DNA from: Microcoleus sp.
GTDB lineage: Bacteria > Cyanobacteriota > Cyanobacteriia > Cyanobacteriales > Microcoleaceae
Direction: 5' to 3'
Assembly: GCA_052279835.1 (NCBI GenBank)
Contig: CP181291.1
Coordinates: 1,184,001 to 1,248,000 of the forward strand
DNA length: 64,000 bases
Position 1 is the first letter of the stretch. The number at the start of each line of letters is the position of its first letter. Of this stretch, positions 21,135 through 32,381 are shown one piece after another. A program made the position numbers and the translations under genes. A model generated the notes under the pieces. That model saw nothing but the letters and a program-made list of their open reading frames with translations. It ran no database searches and was not told the DNA's origin.

Positions 21135-21365
21135 TTGGATGTAGAAAACTACCTAATTGTCAAGAATGGCGAGAATTTTATTGAAATTAATAAGGATAAA
21201 ATCAGTATGTCTGAACAGTATTATGCCCCTAATTTGAATCAGGAAAATGTGCAAGCGTTTTCTGTTAAATATCCTAGCTCAGCGGGCGATAAATATTCTA
21301 TTTCGGCAATTACTTCCGACAATCAATTTAGTGTCGGCTTTGGGATCTACCCTACAATAGTTTAA
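21135..21365 (+). pseudogene. Probable 3' fragment of a gene disrupted at the IS end
   Basis: Protein-like 76-aa frame with weak TTG start right beside the IS end, followed by a terminator. Confidence 0.35.
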
Positions 21366-21406
21366 AATTTGCACCTACAGCTAATAGCCGATCGCCCAAT
21401 CTAAAA

Positions 21407-21440
21407 TTAAAAGGTGAAAAATTAATTTTTCACCTTTTAA
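21407..21440. terminator. Bidirectional palindromic terminator downstream of fabF
   Basis: Perfect palindrome TTAAAAGGTGAAAAATTAATTTTTCACCTTTTAA. Confidence 0.65.
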
Positions 21441-21469
21441 CTATCTACTCTCGACTCTCAAATTGTCCG

Positions 21470-22723
21470 TTACTGCACAAACTTTTTGAATGCCAGTGTC
21501 ACGTTGTGGCCACCAAATCCAAAGGAATTCGACAGCGCCACATCAACTTTTAGATCGCGACTGTGATGTGGAACATAGTCCAAATCGCACTCTGGATCGG
21601 GATTTTCCAGATTGATTGTCGGCGGGATTTTGTCGTTGGCGATCGACATTACCGCAGCTACCGCCTCAATTCCCCCAGAACCACCCAAAAGATGACCGGT
21701 CATTGACTTGGTAGAACTAATGGCTACTTTGTAAGCATGGTCTCCCAAGGTCTTTTTGATTGCCTTGGTTTCCGTAGAATCGTTGGGAAGAGTGCTAGTA
21801 CCGTGAGCATTGATATAGCTCACCATATCTGGTGTCAAACCCCCATCCTTGAGCGCTAAAGCCATTGCCCGCGACGCACCGTTACCCCCCGGTACTGGGG
21901 AAGTCATGTGGTAGGCATCGCAAGTTAAACCGTAGCCGACGATTTCTGCGTAAATTCTGGCTCCACGGGCGATCGCGTGTTCCATTTCTTCTAGAATCAG
22001 AATGCCAGCACCTTCGCCTACCACAAAACCATCCCGATCGCGATCGAAAGGACGGCAAGCATGAGTTGGGTCATCATTGCGAGTCGAAAGCGCCCTCGCC
22101 GCAGCAAAACCCGCCACACACAAAGGTGTCACCGCAGCTTCCGTACCGCCACAAATCATGGCTTGGGCGTAACCCCCCTGCACGAGGCGAAACGCATCGC
22201 CCACCGCATTTGACCCCGCAGCGCAAGCGGTAACAGTGCAAGAGTTTGGACCTTTAGCACCCGTTTGAATTGCGGTCAGGCCAGCAGCCATATTCGCAAT
22301 CATCATCGGAATCATAAACGGGCTGCATCGATCGGGGCCGCGATTCAGATAAATCTCTTGCTGGTCTTCTAAAACCTTTAAGCCGCCAATGCCAGTGCCA
22401 AGAATGACACCCACCTGTTCTGCGTTCAGGTCATTAATCTCAAACTTCGCATCAGCCAGAGCCTGTTTGCTAGCTGAAACTCCAAACTGAGCAAAGCGAT
22501 CCATCCGCTTTGCTTCCTTGCGCTCTAAATAGTCGTGTGGGTCGTAACCCTTCACCTCTCCGGCAATACGACAGTCGTGCCGCGACGAGTCGAATAAGGT
22601 GATCGGGCCTATACCATTCTTCCCAGCAAGCAACCCGTCCCAATATTCAGACAAGGTATTGCCGATCGGTGTAATCGCGCCGAGACCCGTAATAACAACG
22701 CGCTTACGCTCTAAATTTGTCAT
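21470..22723 (-). CDS. fabF: 3-oxoacyl-ACP synthase II
   Basis: RVVITGLG, TACAAG, INAHGTST, KSMTGHLLG, SNSFGFGGHN. Confidence 0.97.
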   Translation of the reverse strand: MTNLERKRVVITGLGAITPIGNTLSEYWDGLLAGKNGIGPITLFDSSRHDCRIAGEVKGYDPHDYLERKEAKRMDRFAQFGVSASKQALADAKFEINDLNAEQVGVILGTGIGGLKVLEDQQEIYLNRGPDRCSPFMIPMMIANMAAGLTAIQTGAKGPNSCTVTACAAGSNAVGDAFRLVQGGYAQAMICGGTEAAVTPLCVAGFAAARALSTRNDDPTHACRPFDRDRDGFVVGEGAGILILEEMEHAIARGARIYAEIVGYGLTCDAYHMTSPVPGGNGASRAMALALKDGGLTPDMVSYINAHGTSTLPNDSTETKAIKKTLGDHAYKVAISSTKSMTGHLLGGSGGIEAVAAVMSIANDKIPPTINLENPDPECDLDYVPHHSRDLKVDVALSNSFGFGGHNVTLAFKKFVQ

Positions 22724-22821
22724 GATTTCAGTTTCAAAAAAATTAAACACCCAGAACGCAGAACAAAAGAGGAGTTTTCAGTTGTCTAACTTGTCTCCTC
22801 TTAGGGGAAAAGGCAGGTATT

Positions 22822-23076
22822 TTATGCTTTTGGAGTGGCAAGTTTGCTGCTGATGAAGTCTACAGAGGCTTGAACCGTAGTAATTCCTTCGGCTGCCTCG
22901 TCTGGAATTTCAATATCAAACTCTTCTTCCAAAGCCATTACCAACTCTACTGTATCTAAGGAGTCTGCTCCTAAATCGTTAGCAAAGCTGGCTTCTGGCT
23001 TGACTTCAGCCGGATCAACTTCCAGTTGATCTGCCACGATTTTCTTGACTCTAGCAAAAATGTCCTCTTGACTCAT
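22822..23076 (-). CDS. acpP: Acyl carrier protein
   Basis: [20 protein letters not shown]. Confidence 0.98.
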   Translation of the reverse strand: MSQEDIFARVKKIVADQLEVDPAEVKPEASFANDLGADSLDTVELVMALEEEFDIEIPDEAAEGITTVQASVDFISSKLATPKA

Positions 23077-23460
23077 ACCATCATTTCCTCATTGGTTGCT
23101 GCGTATCTGATCTTATCCGAAAGGGGGATCTTCAGGAAAAAGGCTTGCCACTTTTCTAACTGACACTGTGTGTGTGGGGAGTCGGCTGTGGGCAAGGAGT
23201 GTCAACTTCAGGACTGTGGCGGGGGTGCGATCGCTCTTTTAAGACTGCGATCTAGATCCAACTTTAACTTGCAGAAACTCAGATTGCCAACAACTCCACT
23301 AGCCGATCGGGTTACTCAACCTTAATAATTGTCTAAAACTAGGTAAGGATATGGAGAACACAAACGAAGCAGGAAGCATCCCAACTTCGTTAGCGCAGCC
23401 CTCGAAGAGGATCGCCCTCCTTTGTTGTCCCTTGCCTTGTTGTACCCAGCAGAAACAATT

Positions 23461-24366
23461 ATGCCATCTCAAAATCTCAAATATGCTTACTTTCCCGGTT
23501 GCGTCGCCCAAGGTGCCGCCCGCGAACTTTACCAGTCTACCCAAGCGCTGACTCAAGCCTTGGGCATTGAACTGGTGGAACTCAAAAAAGCTTCTTGCTG
23601 CGGTTCTGGCACTTTTAAAGAAGATTCGCAGTTATTGGAAGATACTGTCAATGCTCGCAATATTGCATTGGCTGAGCAACTGAATCTGCCTTTGCTGACG
23701 CATTGCAGCACTTGTCAAGGGGTAATTGGTCATGTGGACGATCGCCTCAAGGATTGCCAAAAAACCGATCCCAACTACCTAGAACAAGTCAATGGTTTAC
23801 TGCAAAAACAAGGCTGTTCGCCATATCAAGGCAGTACCGAGGTGAAACATCTGCTGTGGGCGATCGTTGCCGACTACGGTTTGGAGGAAGTACAAAAGCG
23901 AGTCACCCGCAAACTTTCGGGTTTAAAGTGCGCCGCTTTTTACGGCTGTTATTTGCTGCGAGCTCAGGACCATCTAATTTACGATGACCCGCACCAACCG
24001 GAATCGATGGAAAATGTGTTTCGGGCGATCGGGGCCACTCCGGTTTACTATCGAGGACGGACTCAGTGCTGCGGCTGGCCCCTAGCAAGTTATGCCACTA
24101 ACCAATCTTTTCAGATGGCTGGCAAACATATTATAGATGCTCTTGACAACGGTGCTGATTGTATGGTAACTCCTTGTCCGCTTTGTCACTTAAATTTGGA
24201 TTCGCGACAGCCGGAAGTGGAAAAAGTAATTGGGCGCAAGTTGGGTTTGCCGGTGCTGCATTTACCGCAATTGGTGGCTTTGGCTTTGGGTGTTGAGCCA
24301 AAAAAACTAGGACTAGACAGACATATTGTTTCCACAAAGCCCGTGTTGGAAAAATTAGGCTTTTAG
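23461..24366 (+). CDS. HdrB-like CCG-domain protein (heterodisulfide reductase subunit B family; candidate SDH anchor subunit in cyanobacteria)
   Basis: YFPGC, SCCGSG, CSTC, FYGCYLLR, QCCGW and TPCPLCHLNLD: two CCG domains. Confidence 0.85.
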   Translation: MPSQNLKYAYFPGCVAQGAARELYQSTQALTQALGIELVELKKASCCGSGTFKEDSQLLEDTVNARNIALAEQLNLPLLTHCSTCQGVIGHVDDRLKDCQKTDPNYLEQVNGLLQKQGCSPYQGSTEVKHLLWAIVADYGLEEVQKRVTRKLSGLKCAAFYGCYLLRAQDHLIYDDPHQPESMENVFRAIGATPVYYRGRTQCCGWPLASYATNQSFQMAGKHIIDALDNGADCMVTPCPLCHLNLDSRQPEVEKVIGRKLGLPVLHLPQLVALALGVEPKKLGLDRHIVSTKPVLEKLGF

Positions 24367-24567
24367 TGTATCAATTTGCTCAGGTTTGTAGTAAGGACTT
24401 TAGTCCTTTCTAACACTGAACATCAAATAACTGTGAAGTTTTGTCGCTTTTTGGCGAAGTGCTTCCAGGCACTGCGGTAGACTTACTTTTAATTCTCTGT
24501 GCAGGTTATAGCGGTGGCCTCAAGCCGTCAAATCTTTTAACTCGCAGAGTCCGCAAATTTTTAGTGA

Positions 24568-24834
<267 letters not shown>

Positions 24835-24869
24835 AATTCGATCGACAGCGATCGAACTACAAACACCGG

Positions 24870-24902
24870 AGAGGGGGCGATGACATTGCTCCCTCTTTTT
24901 TG
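24870..24902 (+). terminator. Rho-independent terminator of psaC
   Basis: AGAGGGGGCGATG ac ATTGCTCCCTCT followed by a T-run. Confidence 0.7.
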
Positions 24903-25011
24903 CTGTGGCATCTAGCTTCTGCCCTAGTGAGAAGCTATAGCCACAGGAAGTAGAACGAGTGAAAATGCAGCGATATAGCCTTTCGAGCTCTCCTATGAGG
25001 TACAATCGAGC

Positions 25012-25121
25012 ATTGGGAATTGGGAATTGGGAATTGGGAATCGCGAATTGGGAATCGCGAATTGGGAATCGCGAATTGGGAATTGGGAATTGGGAATTGG
25101 GAATTGGGAATTGGGAATTGG
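25012..25121. repeat. STRR heptamer array (ATTGGGA / ATCGCGA)n
   Basis: About 15 tandem 7-mers. Confidence 0.9.
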
Positions 25122-25410
25122 CTATGAGAAAAGTCACTAATAAGTAACCACTAACAATTCGCCATTGGCCATTCGCCATCGACACTCCCCTGTATCTGAT
25201 TAATAATATTTTTAATTTTTTATTGCCATAAAAAACCATAATATTGATACCGTTTGATTCACCGTGATTAATAATTAATCTAGTGGTTTGATTCATCAAA
25301 TCCGGCGAATCCCTTCCATCTTGGTCCTAAAGGCACGGGGTTTTCCGCTTCCCGTGCTATCTTGATAAAAATTGGTTTTGATTTACGATCGCTAAGCAGG
25401 AGTACCTCAA

Positions 25411-27312
25411 ATGTGCGGAATCGTTGGCTATATCGGCACCCAAGCAGCAAGCGAGATTTTGCTAGCAGGATTAGAGAAACTGGAATATCGGGGTTACGAT
25501 TCAGCGGGCCTCGCTACCATCTGGGAAGGGGAAATTACTTGCATCCGGGCCAAGGGTAAATTGCACAACCTGCGGGAAAAACTAGCACAGATAGAATCTC
25601 CAGCTTCTATTGGTATCGGACACACTCGCTGGGCAACTCACGGTAAGCCAGAAGAATATAACGCTCACCCTCACATGGATAATAGCGGGAGAGTTGCAGT
25701 AGTTCAAAATGGCATTGTCGAAAATTATCGCGAATTGCGGGAAGAATTAAAAGCGAAGGGACATAAATTTGTTTCCGATACGGATACCGAAGTTATTCCT
25801 CATTTAATTTCTGAATTATTGGCTGAGTACACAAGGAATAAGTCAGATGCCCAGGTCGATATTTCGTTTTTAGAAGTCGTTTTAAAGGCGGTAAATAGAT
25901 TAGAAGGAGCTTTTGCAATCGCGGCGATATGTGCAGATTTTCCCGACGAATTAATTGTCGCCAGACAGCAAGCTCCTTTGGTAATTGGCTTTGGTGCTGG
26001 GGAATTTTTCTGCGCTTCTGACACCCCCGCCTTAGTGTCTCATACCCGCGCGGTTTTGTCTCTGGAAAATGGAGAAGCAGCCAGACTAACTCCCATGGGA
26101 GTTGAAGTTTACAGCTTTGCAGGGCAAAAGCTGAAAAAAAGCCCGCGCCTCCTCGGCTGGAGTCCGGTTGCAGTGGAGAAACAGGGCTTCAAACACTTCA
26201 TGCACAAGGAAATTTACGAACAGCCCGCCGTAGTCAGAGCTTGTTTAGAGACGTATTTAGACAACAACTGGAACCCTGAAAGTAAAGACTCTCCGATTAA
26301 TCTCAACTTGCCAAAGGAGCTTTGTGCCGATGTCGAACAAATTTCCATTTTAGCCTGTGGAACGAGCTGGCACGCCTCCCTAATTGGCAAATATTTGTTG
26401 GAACAGTTAGCGAATATTCCTACTTCAGTGCAGTACGCTTCCGAATATCGTTACGCACCGGCACCGGTGACAGCCAATACTTTAATTATTGGGGTAACAC
26501 AGTCGGGAGAAACGGCAGATACACTGGCTGCTTTGGGAATGGAACAGCAGCGCCGAGCGGGTTTGACTGATAAATTTCGGGCGAGAATGTTAGGTATTAC
26601 TAACAGGATAGAAAGCTCGATCGCCCACATGATACCACACATTATTAACACCCACGCTGGTATCGAAGTTGGGGTGGCAGCTACCAAAACTTTTGTTACT
26701 CAGTTGATGGCCTTCTATTTCTTAGCCTTGGATTTGGCACATCAACGACAGGCTATAAGTAACGAAAGATTGGCAGAAATTCTGCTTGGTTTGCGCCAGT
26801 TGCCTGCTATAATTGAAAAGTTTTTGGAGATTCAGGAACAGTATGTGGAGGAATTGTCCCACCAGTTTACTGAAACCCAAGATTTTATCTTTTTGGGACG
26901 GGGAATTAACTTTCCCATTGCTTTGGAAGGGGCTTTGAAACTGAAGGAAATTAGTTACATTCATGCCGAAGGATATCCCGCTGGAGAGATGAAACATGGC
27001 CCGATCGCCCTTTTGGATGCCAAAGTGCCTGTAGTGGCGATCGCCATGCCCGGAAGCGTCTACGAAAAGGTGCTTTCCAACGCTCAGGAAGCGAAAGCCA
27101 GAGATGCCCGTTTAATTGGCGTTACCCCTAAGCAAGGTGCGGCGGAAGCGGATATTTTCGATCATGTTTTGCCCGTACCTTTGGTAGATGAATTATTGTC
27201 ACCAATTGTTACCGTAATTCCCCTGCAACTGTTGGCTTATCATATTGCGGCGCGACGGGGTTTGGATGTGGATCAGCCTCGGAATTTGGCGAAGTCAGTG
27301 ACGGTGGAATAA
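25411..27312 (+). CDS. glmS: Glutamine--fructose-6-phosphate aminotransferase
   Basis: MCGIVG, EYRGYDSAG, GHTRWATHG, QSGETADT, EGALKLKEISYIHAE, DQPRNLAKSVTVE. Confidence 0.98.
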   Translation: MCGIVGYIGTQAASEILLAGLEKLEYRGYDSAGLATIWEGEITCIRAKGKLHNLREKLAQIESPASIGIGHTRWATHGKPEEYNAHPHMDNSGRVAVVQNGIVENYRELREELKAKGHKFVSDTDTEVIPHLISELLAEYTRNKSDAQVDISFLEVVLKAVNRLEGAFAIAAICADFPDELIVARQQAPLVIGFGAGEFFCASDTPALVSHTRAVLSLENGEAARLTPMGVEVYSFAGQKLKKSPRLLGWSPVAVEKQGFKHFMHKEIYEQPAVVRACLETYLDNNWNPESKDSPINLNLPKELCADVEQISILACGTSWHASLIGKYLLEQLANIPTSVQYASEYRYAPAPVTANTLIIGVTQSGETADTLAALGMEQQRRAGLTDKFRARMLGITNRIESSIAHMIPHIINTHAGIEVGVAATKTFVTQLMAFYFLALDLAHQRQAISNERLAEILLGLRQLPAIIEKFLEIQEQYVEELSHQFTETQDFIFLGRGINFPIALEGALKLKEISYIHAEGYPAGEMKHGPIALLDAKVPVVAIAMPGSVYEKVLSNAQEAKARDARLIGVTPKQGAAEADIFDHVLPVPLVDELLSPIVTVIPLQLLAYHIAARRGLDVDQPRNLAKSVTVE

Positions 27313-27550
27313 TTGGTCATTGGTCATTGGTCATTGGTTATTGGTTATTAGAATCAACAAATAACAAATAACAACTAACAACTAATACCATTTCTCTAAA
27401 ATCGTGCAACAATCTTTGACCCCCCCTAACCCCCCCTTATAAAGGGGAGGGACAAGACTACTGTTGCATTCTTTTTTAAAATTGGTATAACAACTAACCA
27501 ATGCCCAATGCCCTATTCCCAATGCCCTATTCCCAATGCCCTATTCCCTA
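27313..27550. repeat. Composite of STRR heptamers (TTGGTCA, AACAA(A/C)T, TGCCCTA/TTCCCAA) with an inserted palindromic element (27385-27488)
   Basis: Tandem 7-mers interrupted by ATACCA...TGGTAT element containing CCCCCCCTAACCCCCCCTTATAAAGGGG. Confidence 0.75.
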
Positions 27551-29195
27551 TTCCGCCAATTGCCGCCAACAGTAGCCAGCTTATAGTATTCACTCGAAAA
27601 TCAAACACGGTGACATCTACGGTGTTAAATAGGGTGCAGGCTGCGAAAGCTAGTAAATAACTGAAGAAAATTAGGCGATCGCCTGAATTATATTCTTGAC
27701 AAATTACCGCATTTATGATACCACTATCTTGAAAATTTGCCTCAGTTTGCTGTGTGGCTATTGGCGGCGGTTGAATATCCACAGGAAAATGCGATCGCCA
27801 ATTTAGCAACAGCAAAACACCCCTAGCCAAAATCCATCCAACTAAACCCAAAAAAAACAGCGTTACTGGTATTCCCGTTTCCGCAGTCAGCATCAGTATC
27901 AAACTATGAGGATGACCAAGCCATTCGTGCATTTGAGCTTCATAAAGAGCCGTAAAATTTCGCAACCCCCAACCAGTCCAAGGACGCTGCTGAGTCATCG
28001 ACCAAGCAAATTGCCATTGAGTAGTTCTTAAAGTCGCTGTGGGCCGATTGGGAAACATCTCATCCGTGAGTCTCGCCCAGAAAAAAGCCGGGATAATTGT
28101 TCGTAAATATTGCCGCAAAGGTTGCGGGCCAAAAGCGGACAAAAAAACTGCACCAACAGCACTAAAAACCGCAGCTAATATTTTTTTCCAACCTGCATAA
28201 ACAGCAAAAGCCACAGCAGCCAAAACAGCCAATCCCCAAGCATTACGAGAATTAGTAAAAATTAAGCAAACAGCATTTCCTAGGACGGCAAAAGTTAAAA
28301 ACAGGAATTGGGCATTGAGAATTGGAAATTGGGGAACCCCCCCCTCGCCCCCCCCAAGGGGGGAATTGGGAATTGGGAATTGGGAATTGGGAATTGGGAA
28401 TTGGGAATTGGGAATTGGGAATTGGGAATTGGGAATTTGCAGTTCATTACTTGTTTCCCTTATCCTTCTTCCCTCTTCCTTCTTCCCTCTTCCTTCTTCC
28501 TTCTTCCCTCTTCCTTCTTCCCTCTTCCTTCTTCCTTCTTCCTTCTTCCTTCTTCCTTCTTCCTTCTTCCTTCTTCCTTCAATACACAATCCCAAAGCTA
28601 AAATAAAAACAATAGTTAGATAACAAGCTAAAATATTGGCATACATAAATACAGAAGCCATCCTACCAGGAGGATTGCCTTTGGGTTCGAGTACCCAGCC
28701 AAAAACGGGCTGTAATTGAACAATGCCACTCCAACCTAAAAATTGCTGTCCCAAACCCAAAATTATGACGGGAATTGAACTAATTACTATTATCCAAGAC
28801 AATTGCCGCAATTGAGTGGGAGTTTGAATTAAACGACTGAATGCCACAAAAAGTATAAAAAACGGCAAGAAATTACCCAATCCTAAAAAAGCCTCGATGT
28901 GGTTGTTAGCAAAAACCGCCGTGATGACTAGCAACACGCTGAGAATTGCAAAACCTCGATTCACCGGGTGAGTGCTAATTTGGCTAAATTTTTGTTGGGA
29001 ACAAGTGCCGATTAATCCCAGGAAGATTCCTAAAGCTCCCAAAATCGGAATTACAGGAAAAATCAGCACTCCCAATTGAGCGAAATTCCAGGGGGTTTGC
29101 AAACTGCGATCGGGATGTTTTTGAACTCGAGATTTGAGATTTTCTACTGTCAGTTTTACACCTAATTTTAACCGTTTTTTGCTATTCACCGACAC
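27513..29195 (-). CDS. O-antigen ligase (Wzy_C)/IctB-like membrane protein with large in-frame STRR insertion
   Basis: [47 protein letters not shown]; low-complexity insert at about 28320-28580. Confidence 0.85.
   Translation of the reverse strand: MSVNSKKRLKLGVKLTVENLKSRVQKHPDRSLQTPWNFAQLGVLIFPVIPILGALGIFLGLIGTCSQQKFSQISTHPVNRGFAILSVLLVITAVFANNHIEAFLGLGNFLPFFILFVAFSRLIQTPTQLRQLSWIIVISSIPVIILGLGQQFLGWSGIVQLQPVFGWVLEPKGNPPGRMASVFMYANILACYLTIVFILALGLCIEGRRKKEEGRRKKEEGRRKREEGRGKKEEGRGKKEEGRRIRETSNELQIPNSQFPIPNSQFPIPNSQFPIPNSPLGGGEGGVPQFPILNAQFLFLTFAVLGNAVCLIFTNSRNAWGLAVLAAVAFAVYAGWKKILAAVFSAVGAVFLSAFGPQPLRQYLRTIIPAFFWARLTDEMFPNRPTATLRTTQWQFAWSMTQQRPWTGWGLRNFTALYEAQMHEWLGHPHSLILMLTAETGIPVTLFFLGLVGWILARGVLLLLNWRSHFPVDIQPPPIATQQTEANFQDSGIINAVICQEYNSGDRLIFFSYLLAFAACTLFNTVDVTVFDFRVNTISWLLLAAIGGIGNRALGIGHWE
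28320..28580. repeat. Intragenic STRR arrays (ATTGGGA)n and (CTTCTTC/CCTCTTC)n
   Basis: Two heptamer tandem arrays plus a C/G-run hairpin inside the CDS. Confidence 0.9.
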
Positions 29196-29225
29196 TCCTA
29201 GTCTAAAATCTACAATCTCAAATCT

Positions 29226-30071
29226 TTAGGCTAATTCCCAGGTGCATTCCGATCGCGTTAACCGAATTTGAGCCAAGGCAAAAATGGTAGGAATAATCCG
29301 ACTATAATTAGTTGAAATCGAGCGCCAGCCTAAATCAGCTAAAAACCACGTCCACAACACCGGGCCGAGAAATGAAAACACACTCCGCGTCACACCGTAA
29401 CGAGCAGCACTTGTCGCCATAGAGCGTCGGGCAGTCTGAATTGCGACATAATTTTGAAACTGGGTTGCTGCGGCTGTTCCCCCGGCGATCGCTGCTTGTT
29501 TTGCCATTTCATAGGTGGCAAAGTGCAGTGCAAATTGATGGGCCATGAGTTTGAGTAAAACTGGTTTGACGATGGAACTAACAGCTAAAGCGCTACCACC
29601 TTTGAACAGTAAACCCAAGGGGTCTTTTTCCGCAGAAATTGGCAGAGGCTCAGAGAGTTTAGACTCGACAATTGCTCGCTGTACTCGTACAGTCAATGCT
29701 TGTTTTTCTTGGGAAGGTAACTGCTTCCATGCGCGGCCCATTAAGTGCAAAAATACTTCTGCTTCTAAGTCGGTGGTTGACAACTGTTTGGGATAGGGAA
29801 TTTTGAGATAGCGACAAACTTGAATTAGGGCTTGTCTGTAAGTTACTTGTTCAGTCCGCCCTCTGAGTACCGTCAATCCGTCGGCTGAGAGGTAGCGAAA
29901 CCGTTGTTCTACGGCATCTAGCCAAGCTTCGCGATCGCGACTTTGGACATCGATCGGTGCTGGGGTTTGCACGTAATCTAAAGGGTTAAACCTGCGGCTG
30001 AACAGGAGTTCTGTCAGTTGTTGCAATTCTTCTTCTGTAGCCAATTCTAGCGCTGCTCTGAGTTCGTCCAA
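29226..30071 (-). CDS. YaaW family protein
   Basis: MDELRAALELATEEEL...RFRYLSADGLTVL...RIIPTIFALAQIRL; TTG start with GGGAGG RBS. Confidence 0.8.
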   Translation of the reverse strand: MDELRAALELATEEELQQLTELLFSRRFNPLDYVQTPAPIDVQSRDREAWLDAVEQRFRYLSADGLTVLRGRTEQVTYRQALIQVCRYLKIPYPKQLSTTDLEAEVFLHLMGRAWKQLPSQEKQALTVRVQRAIVESKLSEPLPISAEKDPLGLLFKGGSALAVSSIVKPVLLKLMAHQFALHFATYEMAKQAAIAGGTAAATQFQNYVAIQTARRSMATSAARYGVTRSVFSFLGPVLWTWFLADLGWRSISTNYSRIIPTIFALAQIRLTRSECTWELA

Positions 30072-30425
30072 GATTTTTGCCCTCCCTTATGGGATTTTAG
30101 ATTTGAGATTTGGGATTGCTGTTGTTTGACAACGATCGGGTTGGGAAATCTGCCTACAGTGGCATTTTTTTTAACTGGTCTTAATCACGGATTCGTGCTG
30201 TCCTTAATTCTACTACTTGGTGCGGGGCGATGGCGGGGAGCCGCCCTAGCTAGGACTGTCAACGCTTGGCCGCAAGTGGAAATATGGCACAGAAACTTCC
30301 CCCAGAGCCTTTAAGCTGATAAGTGGACATCTGGTAAAAAGCTAGTCTTGGGTGGGCCCAATGCCTATCCCACAAGAGTTTTTGGAGATGTCTCATGACT
30401 AATGACTATTGACTATTGACTCATT

Positions 30426-31508
30426 ATGTTTGATGTTGCGGTGATTGGTGCTGGTATGGCGGGGCTGAGTTGCGCTCAACAGTTGCGTCTGGCTGGTTAT
30501 TCTGTGGTGGTTGTGGAAAAATCTCGCGGTGTGGGCGGCAGAGTTGCTACTCGCCGTGTTAACGGTACTAGGGCCGATCATGGGGCTCGCTATCTGGAAT
30601 CCCAGGGGGATGCGGTGCAGGGGTTAATTGATGTTTTGGTCGATCGCGATATCCTGAAACTGTGGACTGATACTGTTGGGGAATTCCGAGAGGGAGAAAA
30701 TGGAGTCGGGGGAGAGGTTTTTTCGATTCCTAGGGACTGTTATGTTGCGCCTGCTGGAATGAATGCTGTCGGTAAGTACCTGGCTGAGGGTTTAGAAATT
30801 TGGTCAGGGCGTCGCGTAGAAGCTATTTCTACTACAGATAACCAAAGGTGGCATCTTTCTCTGGAAGTTACTGATGACAATTTTAACAAGCCTCAAGAAT
30901 TGATTGCTCAGGCGATCGTAGTAGCAATTCCTGCACCCCAAGCTTTACTGTTTTTAAAGGCAGACCTGGGATTTTCGCCAGATTTTCTTGACAAATTGCA
31001 CTCGGTTAATTATGACGCTTGCATTACGGTTATGGCTGGCTATTGTGCGGAACGCGAACCTGATTTGAGTAATCTAAATTACCCGTGGAAAACTGTTGAT
31101 TTTCCAGGTAATTCTGATTTAGCTTGGATTGGTTTTGATAGTAGCAAGCGACTGGAATCGCCTCAGCCTGTGTTTGTGGTTCACAGTAGTCCAAGTTTTG
31201 CCGATCGCTATTTTGAGGCGAAGGATTTGCCTAGTGTGGGTCAACAATTGCTCGATCGCACTTCTGAATATTTGATGCCTTGGCTAAAAGATCCTGAATG
31301 GTTGCAGGTGCACCGTTGGCGCTATGCTTTTTGTCGAAATCCTTTGCCTGTTTCTTGTTTGGCTGCTGAGGGAACTTTGCCCTTAGTTTGTGCGGGAGAT
31401 TTGTGCGGGGAAAATCAAATCGAAGGTGCTTTGCGATCTGGTTTTGCCGCCGCTAATTGGGTCAAATCAATGATTAATCAGATAAAAGTCGATCGCGGGC
31501 AAGAGTAA
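30426..31508 (+). CDS. Renalase-like FAD/NAD(P)-dependent oxidoreductase
   Basis: VAVIGAGMAGL, EKSRGVGGRVATRR, DHGARY, HRWRYA, IEGALRSG. Confidence 0.9.
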   Translation: MFDVAVIGAGMAGLSCAQQLRLAGYSVVVVEKSRGVGGRVATRRVNGTRADHGARYLESQGDAVQGLIDVLVDRDILKLWTDTVGEFREGENGVGGEVFSIPRDCYVAPAGMNAVGKYLAEGLEIWSGRRVEAISTTDNQRWHLSLEVTDDNFNKPQELIAQAIVVAIPAPQALLFLKADLGFSPDFLDKLHSVNYDACITVMAGYCAEREPDLSNLNYPWKTVDFPGNSDLAWIGFDSSKRLESPQPVFVVHSSPSFADRYFEAKDLPSVGQQLLDRTSEYLMPWLKDPEWLQVHRWRYAFCRNPLPVSCLAAEGTLPLVCAGDLCGENQIEGALRSGFAAANWVKSMINQIKVDRGQE

Positions 31509-32381
31509 AGTCACAAAATAGTAAACTAACGGTGCTGTAAAAACATAACTGTCAGTGCGATCGAGAATGCCACCGTGACCGGGGATCAACTGCCCCGAAT
31601 CCTTAACACCGGCATCTCGTTTCATCATCGACTCAGTTAAATCCCCCAACAAACTGGCAACACCAATCAACAGACCAAAAGCAGCCCCAGTATAGGGCCA
31701 GCCAGGCCAATTCAAATACCAAGACCCGGTGGCGGCAACTGCTATACTGCCACAAACTCCAAACACGGCACCTTCAACCGTCTTTTTCGGGCTGATGTGG
31801 GAGAGGGTAGTGCGGCCGAAGAATTTGCCGACAAAATAAGCGCCAATGTCCGCGGCCCAGATGCAAAGGAAAGCCAGAAGTAGGGAAGTTAGTCCCAAGG
31901 AGATATGACTGATATTGATCCAAGACTGGGGATAAATGTGAGTTAGGGAATTGCTGGCGACTGCTTGGCCAAATCCAGTTGTAGCTTGATAAACTGGGTC
32001 AAGTCCCACTCGCAGCCTGATCCAATAGCTGGGCAAATAACCGCCGTAGAACAATCCTAAAATTGAAGCGGCAATATCGGCGATCGTCGATAGCTTAGGC
32101 TGGAACAGCAGGTAGAAACAGATGAAGGTTCCAGCTAGGGGAAACATAGCATCTACCAGTTGTGGTGCAAGGGCGGCGGTAATTAGCAGAACTTGACTGA
32201 CAACTAAGGTAGTTTTGGCAGCAGGTGCAATGCCCTTAGCCCTGGCTAGTTGAAAATATTCTAATTGGCCTAGGTAGACGATGATCCCGAAGCCGACGGT
32301 GAAGTACCATCCGCCCAATATAATCATTCCCAAAGCAAGGACGATCGCAACTATTCCACTGAGGATACGAGACCACGGCAT
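31467..32381 (-). CDS. cdsA: Phosphatidate cytidylyltransferase
   Basis: WAADIGAYFVG, ISPKKTVEG, GDLTESMMKRDAGVKDSGQLIPGHGGILDR. Confidence 0.95.
   Translation of the reverse strand: MPWSRILSGIVAIVLALGMIILGGWYFTVGFGIIVYLGQLEYFQLARAKGIAPAAKTTLVVSQVLLITAALAPQLVDAMFPLAGTFICFYLLFQPKLSTIADIAASILGLFYGGYLPSYWIRLRVGLDPVYQATTGFGQAVASNSLTHIYPQSWINISHISLGLTSLLLAFLCIWAADIGAYFVGKFFGRTTLSHISPKKTVEGAVFGVCGSIAVAATGSWYLNWPGWPYTGAAFGLLIGVASLLGDLTESMMKRDAGVKDSGQLIPGHGGILDRTDSYVFTAPLVYYFVTLLLPAIDFYLINH

Noticed and set aside
25300..25410. Possible glmS ribozyme upstream of glmS
   Set aside because: No recognisable core consensus; the region instead has a short IS200/IS605-end-like remnant (CCTAAAGGCACGGGGTTTT). 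A covariance-model search would be decisive.
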